From Nitrosopumilaceae archaeon (GTDB taxonomy: Archaea; Thermoproteota; Nitrososphaeria; Nitrososphaerales; Nitrosopumilaceae): DNA of 64,000 bases. The notes below the pieces were generated by a model. That model was not told the DNA's origin and made no database searches. It worked only from the letters and a program-made list of their open reading frames with translations. The stretch covers positions 288,001 to 352,000 of the forward strand of contig CBDBCR010000001.1 of the NCBI GenBank assembly GCA_965203465.1, written 5' to 3'. Positions within the stretch are counted from its first letter, which is position 1, and each line of letters starts with the position of its first letter. Of the stretch, positions 61,001 through 64,000 are shown in pieces. Position numbers and translations under genes: made by a program.

Positions 61001-63123
61001 CGCTCTCGCGGGACTTGGCCGGCACGGCGCCCGACGCCCAGCTGCGCTACCGCAGCTCGGGGGCCGTCGAGGACCAGTCGTCCAACTCGCTGCCGCCATT
61101 CCAGGCGCCGCTGGCAGACCGAATACCGCCGAGGCTCGTCTCTCTGGCAGTCACCGGGCCCGTCTCGGTGCTGGCGCAGTACTCCGAGCCGGTGCGCTCC
61201 GGGCCGGCCGACTATGAGTTTGCGACCGCCGTGGGGCCAAGCTCGGCCTCGGGCGTGGCCGGCTCGCAGACCTCGTCGATATTGGTGCTATCGGGCAGGA
61301 CGTTTACGGGCATGGCGGTAAAGGACAGCGTCCGGGACCTGGGGGGCAACGCGCTGGCCAACCCGGCAAGCAGGACGCTGGGCGCGGCCCCGGACAGGCT
61401 GGCGCTTGGCGATACGGACCGAGACGGGCGCGCCGGCCTCATAGTGCCCGCGCAGGCCTCGTTCCGGACCGTCTCGCTGGAGCGGGGGACCTCGCTGGTC
61501 ATGGGCGTGGGGCAGCTGCCCGATCCGCCCTCGCCGCCGCAGAGGCCCGACGGCTCGGGCGCCGGTACCGCGCGGTTCGACAGCCAGGTCGCGGTGGCAT
61601 TCGACTCGGGTACGATCACGTTCTACGCCGGCTCGGGGGTGTCCGGCCTGGGGCTGCCCGAATCGATAACGGTCGATCCGGGCGCCTCGGCCCGGGTGCC
61701 CTCCGAGTTCGCGCGGGCCGTCGGCTTGGGGGTCTCGGGGGCGCGCACCCTGGTGGACGCGGGCGGGCCGGCGGGGACGCTGGCCTTCAGCAAGCCGGTG
61801 CGGATAGAGCTGGCAGAGCCGCTCGACGACCTGGTGTACGTGATTCGCGGCGAGACGGCCAAAAAGGTGCCCGCCTGCGGCGTAGAGGCGGACACCCCCG
61901 ACCGAGCGTCCTCGGCCATAGCGCGCGCGGCCAGGGGCGCGCCGGCCACCGCCGACATCCACTCTTGCCATTCGGGAGATTCCATATGGACATTCAGGCT
62001 CTCGGTGTGGGGGACCGGGCCCGAGGTGCTCATACCGCAGCCGGCCCCGCGCGCCAGCGGTGGCGGGGGCGGCGGGGGAGGCGGCGGTGGCGGTGGAGGC
62101 GGAGGCGGCGGGGGCTCCGTGCGCACCGCCGGCGTGGCCGAGGTCCACGTGGCCCAGGTGAGCTGGGACTGCCGCGCAGGCGAGGTCACGGTGCTGGCCG
62201 CGCCCGACTCTGACGGCTTGGCGGTGTCGGTGCAGAGCAGCAAGCTGGGGTACGTGCAGGCGGCCGAAGAGGGCAGCGAGGGGGGCCTGCGCAAGTTCGT
62301 GGCCCCCATGGCCGAGGGCGAGAACTTCCTGTCGGTGAGCGCCACATCGGTGCAGGGCAGGAGCCTCGCCTCGGACAGGCAGTCGGTCTCGCCCGGCTCG
62401 TGCACCGGCTCTGCCACCTTTTGGGTGCAGCCCTCGCCTGCGGCTGCGCTGCAGCAGGGTACTCTGGACGCGCCGGCGAGGGCGGTAGCGGACGAGCCGG
62501 CGACAGAGCCCGCAAAGGCCGAGCCCCAAAGGACGGGCCTCGTCGTAGAGTGCCCCGCGGGCACCGAAAAGAACAGCTCCGGCATATGCGTGAGGCCCGC
62601 GTCGCCGGAGCCGCCTGCCGCGGTATCTCCGCCGCCGGCAACGCCTCCCGCGCCCCCCTCGCAGACGCACCCGGCCGATCTTGCGTGCGGCGCGGGTACC
62701 GAGCTGAAGGACGGGGCGTGCGTGCCGGTGCCGTCGGCGCCCGCCGCCTCGGGAGGCGGGTGCCTGATAGCAACGGCCGCCTACGGGACAGAGCTTGCCG
62801 GGCCGGTGCAGAAACTGCGCGAGGCGCGCGACGGGGCCCTGCTGGGAACCGGGGCGGGCAGTTCCTTCATGTCCGGGTTCAACTCGATATACTATGCGTT
62901 CTCGCCTGCAGTGGCCGACCTGGAGAGGCAAAATCCGCTGTTCAGGGAGGCCGTGCGGGTATCCATAACGCCGATGGTGTACTCGATGCAGCTGTTGGCC
63001 GAGGCGGATTCGGATTCCGTCGTGGCGTACGGCTTGGCCGTGATAGCCCTGAACGCGGCCATGTACGCGGGGCCTGTGGCCGCAGTGGTGTATGTTAGGC
63101 GCCGGGTGGGGTGCGGGGCGTAA
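55043..63123 (+). CDS. Giant repetitive surface protein (~2690 aa) with CFI-box-CTERM, frameshifted at a G10 tract
   Basis: Signal peptide; ~120-aa Ig-like DTT.PTL..LDEGTG.LTL.F.E repeats; G11 or G8 joins FSEPLLGG to EWSVEGF and runs into the 60871 ORF; poly-Gly, Cys-rich and GGGCLIATAAYG C-terminus. Confidence 0.85.
57671..59330. repeat. Near-perfect 750-bp tandem repeat (2 units plus a partial third)
   Basis: AGCGCCGAGATCGCCGACACGGCCGACACGACGCCCCCG at 57671, 58421 and 59171. Confidence 0.9.
60613..60622 (+). repeat. G10 homopolymer in the surface-protein gene
   Basis: CTTTT-G10-AGTGG at the frameshift point. Confidence 0.9.
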
Positions 63124-63272
63124 CTCGACGCTAACGATCACCATATATTTATAATATGATTTTTTACCCAAAACATGATGCCGACTATGCCGCTCCGACT
63201 TGATTTGGCACAGGCTGTGGATCAAAAGATCTTGGTCAGCGGAGCCTCGACATCTATCTTGAGGTGCCTAAG

Positions 63273-64000
63273 ATGACCGCTGTGACATACATGCCGAATG
63301 GGCGACGATTCATTGCCGGCGAGCACAAACACATACCATACAATCCAGACACACTTGCAGAATTCTACATTGATTCAGAATCGGGGTTGCCTTGTGTGCG
63401 ATATTATGCCAAATGCGACTACTCACAAAAGAATCTGATTCAGGCGTACTGCAAAATGTGCAGTCTATTGCAAAAACGGGCACCTCTCAATTCTCTGTTC
63501 TGCAACTATTTCTCCGACGAGCTGCTCATCCGGCGTGGTTATGAAATCACTCCCACGAAGTTACAACTTCACAATTACGGACCTAACGCGTCCAAAAACA
63601 CATCTGACCAGATCACCTTTGACTTGCAGAACGAAATGGACTCATACGAAATAGCATTCAACCTCTCGACAGACGTAGACTTTGATAGACTTCCTTCGAA
63701 TATTATGCATGCGTTGCTCCAGCGAGAAGGGCGTGCATCTGTTGCACTCAGACGACTACCACATCATTACATAAAGGACGCCGATGACGATGCGGCAAAG
63801 TTCCAAACCACGGCTACTGACAGTGACGCCCAGCGTATCCGCCACTCACGCGCCGAGACGTTGACAGAGATCGAGAATTGCCGTTCTGCGTTTTTACGTG
63901 CTTTTCAATTGCAATTGACACATCTTGCATTCTCTACAAACACGGCACCCACGATAGCTCAGAACTTAAGGCCCGAACCCCGTCTCTTCAACGAAGATTG
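63273..64000 (+). CDS. Hypothetical protein in a low-GC island, runs off the window end
   Basis: GAGGTG upstream of the ATG; open frame MTAVTYMPNGRRFIAGEH... to the window end. Confidence 0.6.
   Translation, partial: MTAVTYMPNGRRFIAGEHKHIPYNPDTLAEFYIDSESGLPCVRYYAKCDYSQKNLIQAYCKMCSLLQKRAPLNSLFCNYFSDELLIRRGYEITPTKLQLHNYGPNASKNTSDQITFDLQNEMDSYEIAFNLSTDVDFDRLPSNIMHALLQREGRASVALRRLPHHYIKDADDDAAKFQTTATDSDAQRIRHSRAETLTEIENCRSAFLRAFQLQLTHLAFSTNTAPTIAQNLRPEPRLFNED

Noticed and set aside
62058-62114. G-rich run as a regulatory G-quadruplex or SSR switch
   Set aside because: In-frame mixed Gly codons encoding a poly-Gly linker
63156-63272. Selenocysteine or readthrough at in-frame TGA 63201
   Set aside because: A downstream ATG with an SD-like GAGGTG explains the ORF; no selenoprotein motif

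Overview
GC-rich archaeal DNA, most consistent with an ammonia-oxidising Nitrososphaerota (Nitrosopumilaceae, Cenarchaeum-like, possibly host-associated; inferred from PEFG-CTERM and CFI-box-CTERM proteins, a thaumarchaeal-type atpK, a cupredoxin, a CopCD fusion and a TPR expansion). Core genes: atpK, pyrI/pyrB, FNT transporter, copper-handling surface proteins, rhomboid, tautomerase, nitrilase and a stand-alone topoisomerase-type Zn-ribbon protein. Accessory content: a 5-member TPR array, two matching IS630 copies (each interrupting a gene), an IS66-family element with a 9-bp target duplication, a MITE-like hairpin, PIN and HicBA toxin-antitoxin modules, a putative ADP-ribosyltransferase pair, three HNH nucleases, a truncated REase-STAND gene, a membrane-anchored NucS-like nuclease, an orphan CRISPR-like array with loop-variable repeats, a type III R-M cassette flanked by a ~300-bp duplication, and a ~2700-aa repetitive surface protein. 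Most notable: (i) the type III mod gene and the giant surface gene are each frameshifted inside a poly-G tract (candidate archaeal phase variation, unless a homopolymer assembly error); (ii) decaying duplicates show a strong A:T->G:C transition bias (17 of 19 substitutions in a reciprocally controlled duplicate); (iii) the stem-conserved, loop-variable CRISPR-like array has no cas genes in the window. No tRNA, rRNA, cas or reverse transcriptase genes were recognised. All family calls come from motif recognition by eye, not database searches.
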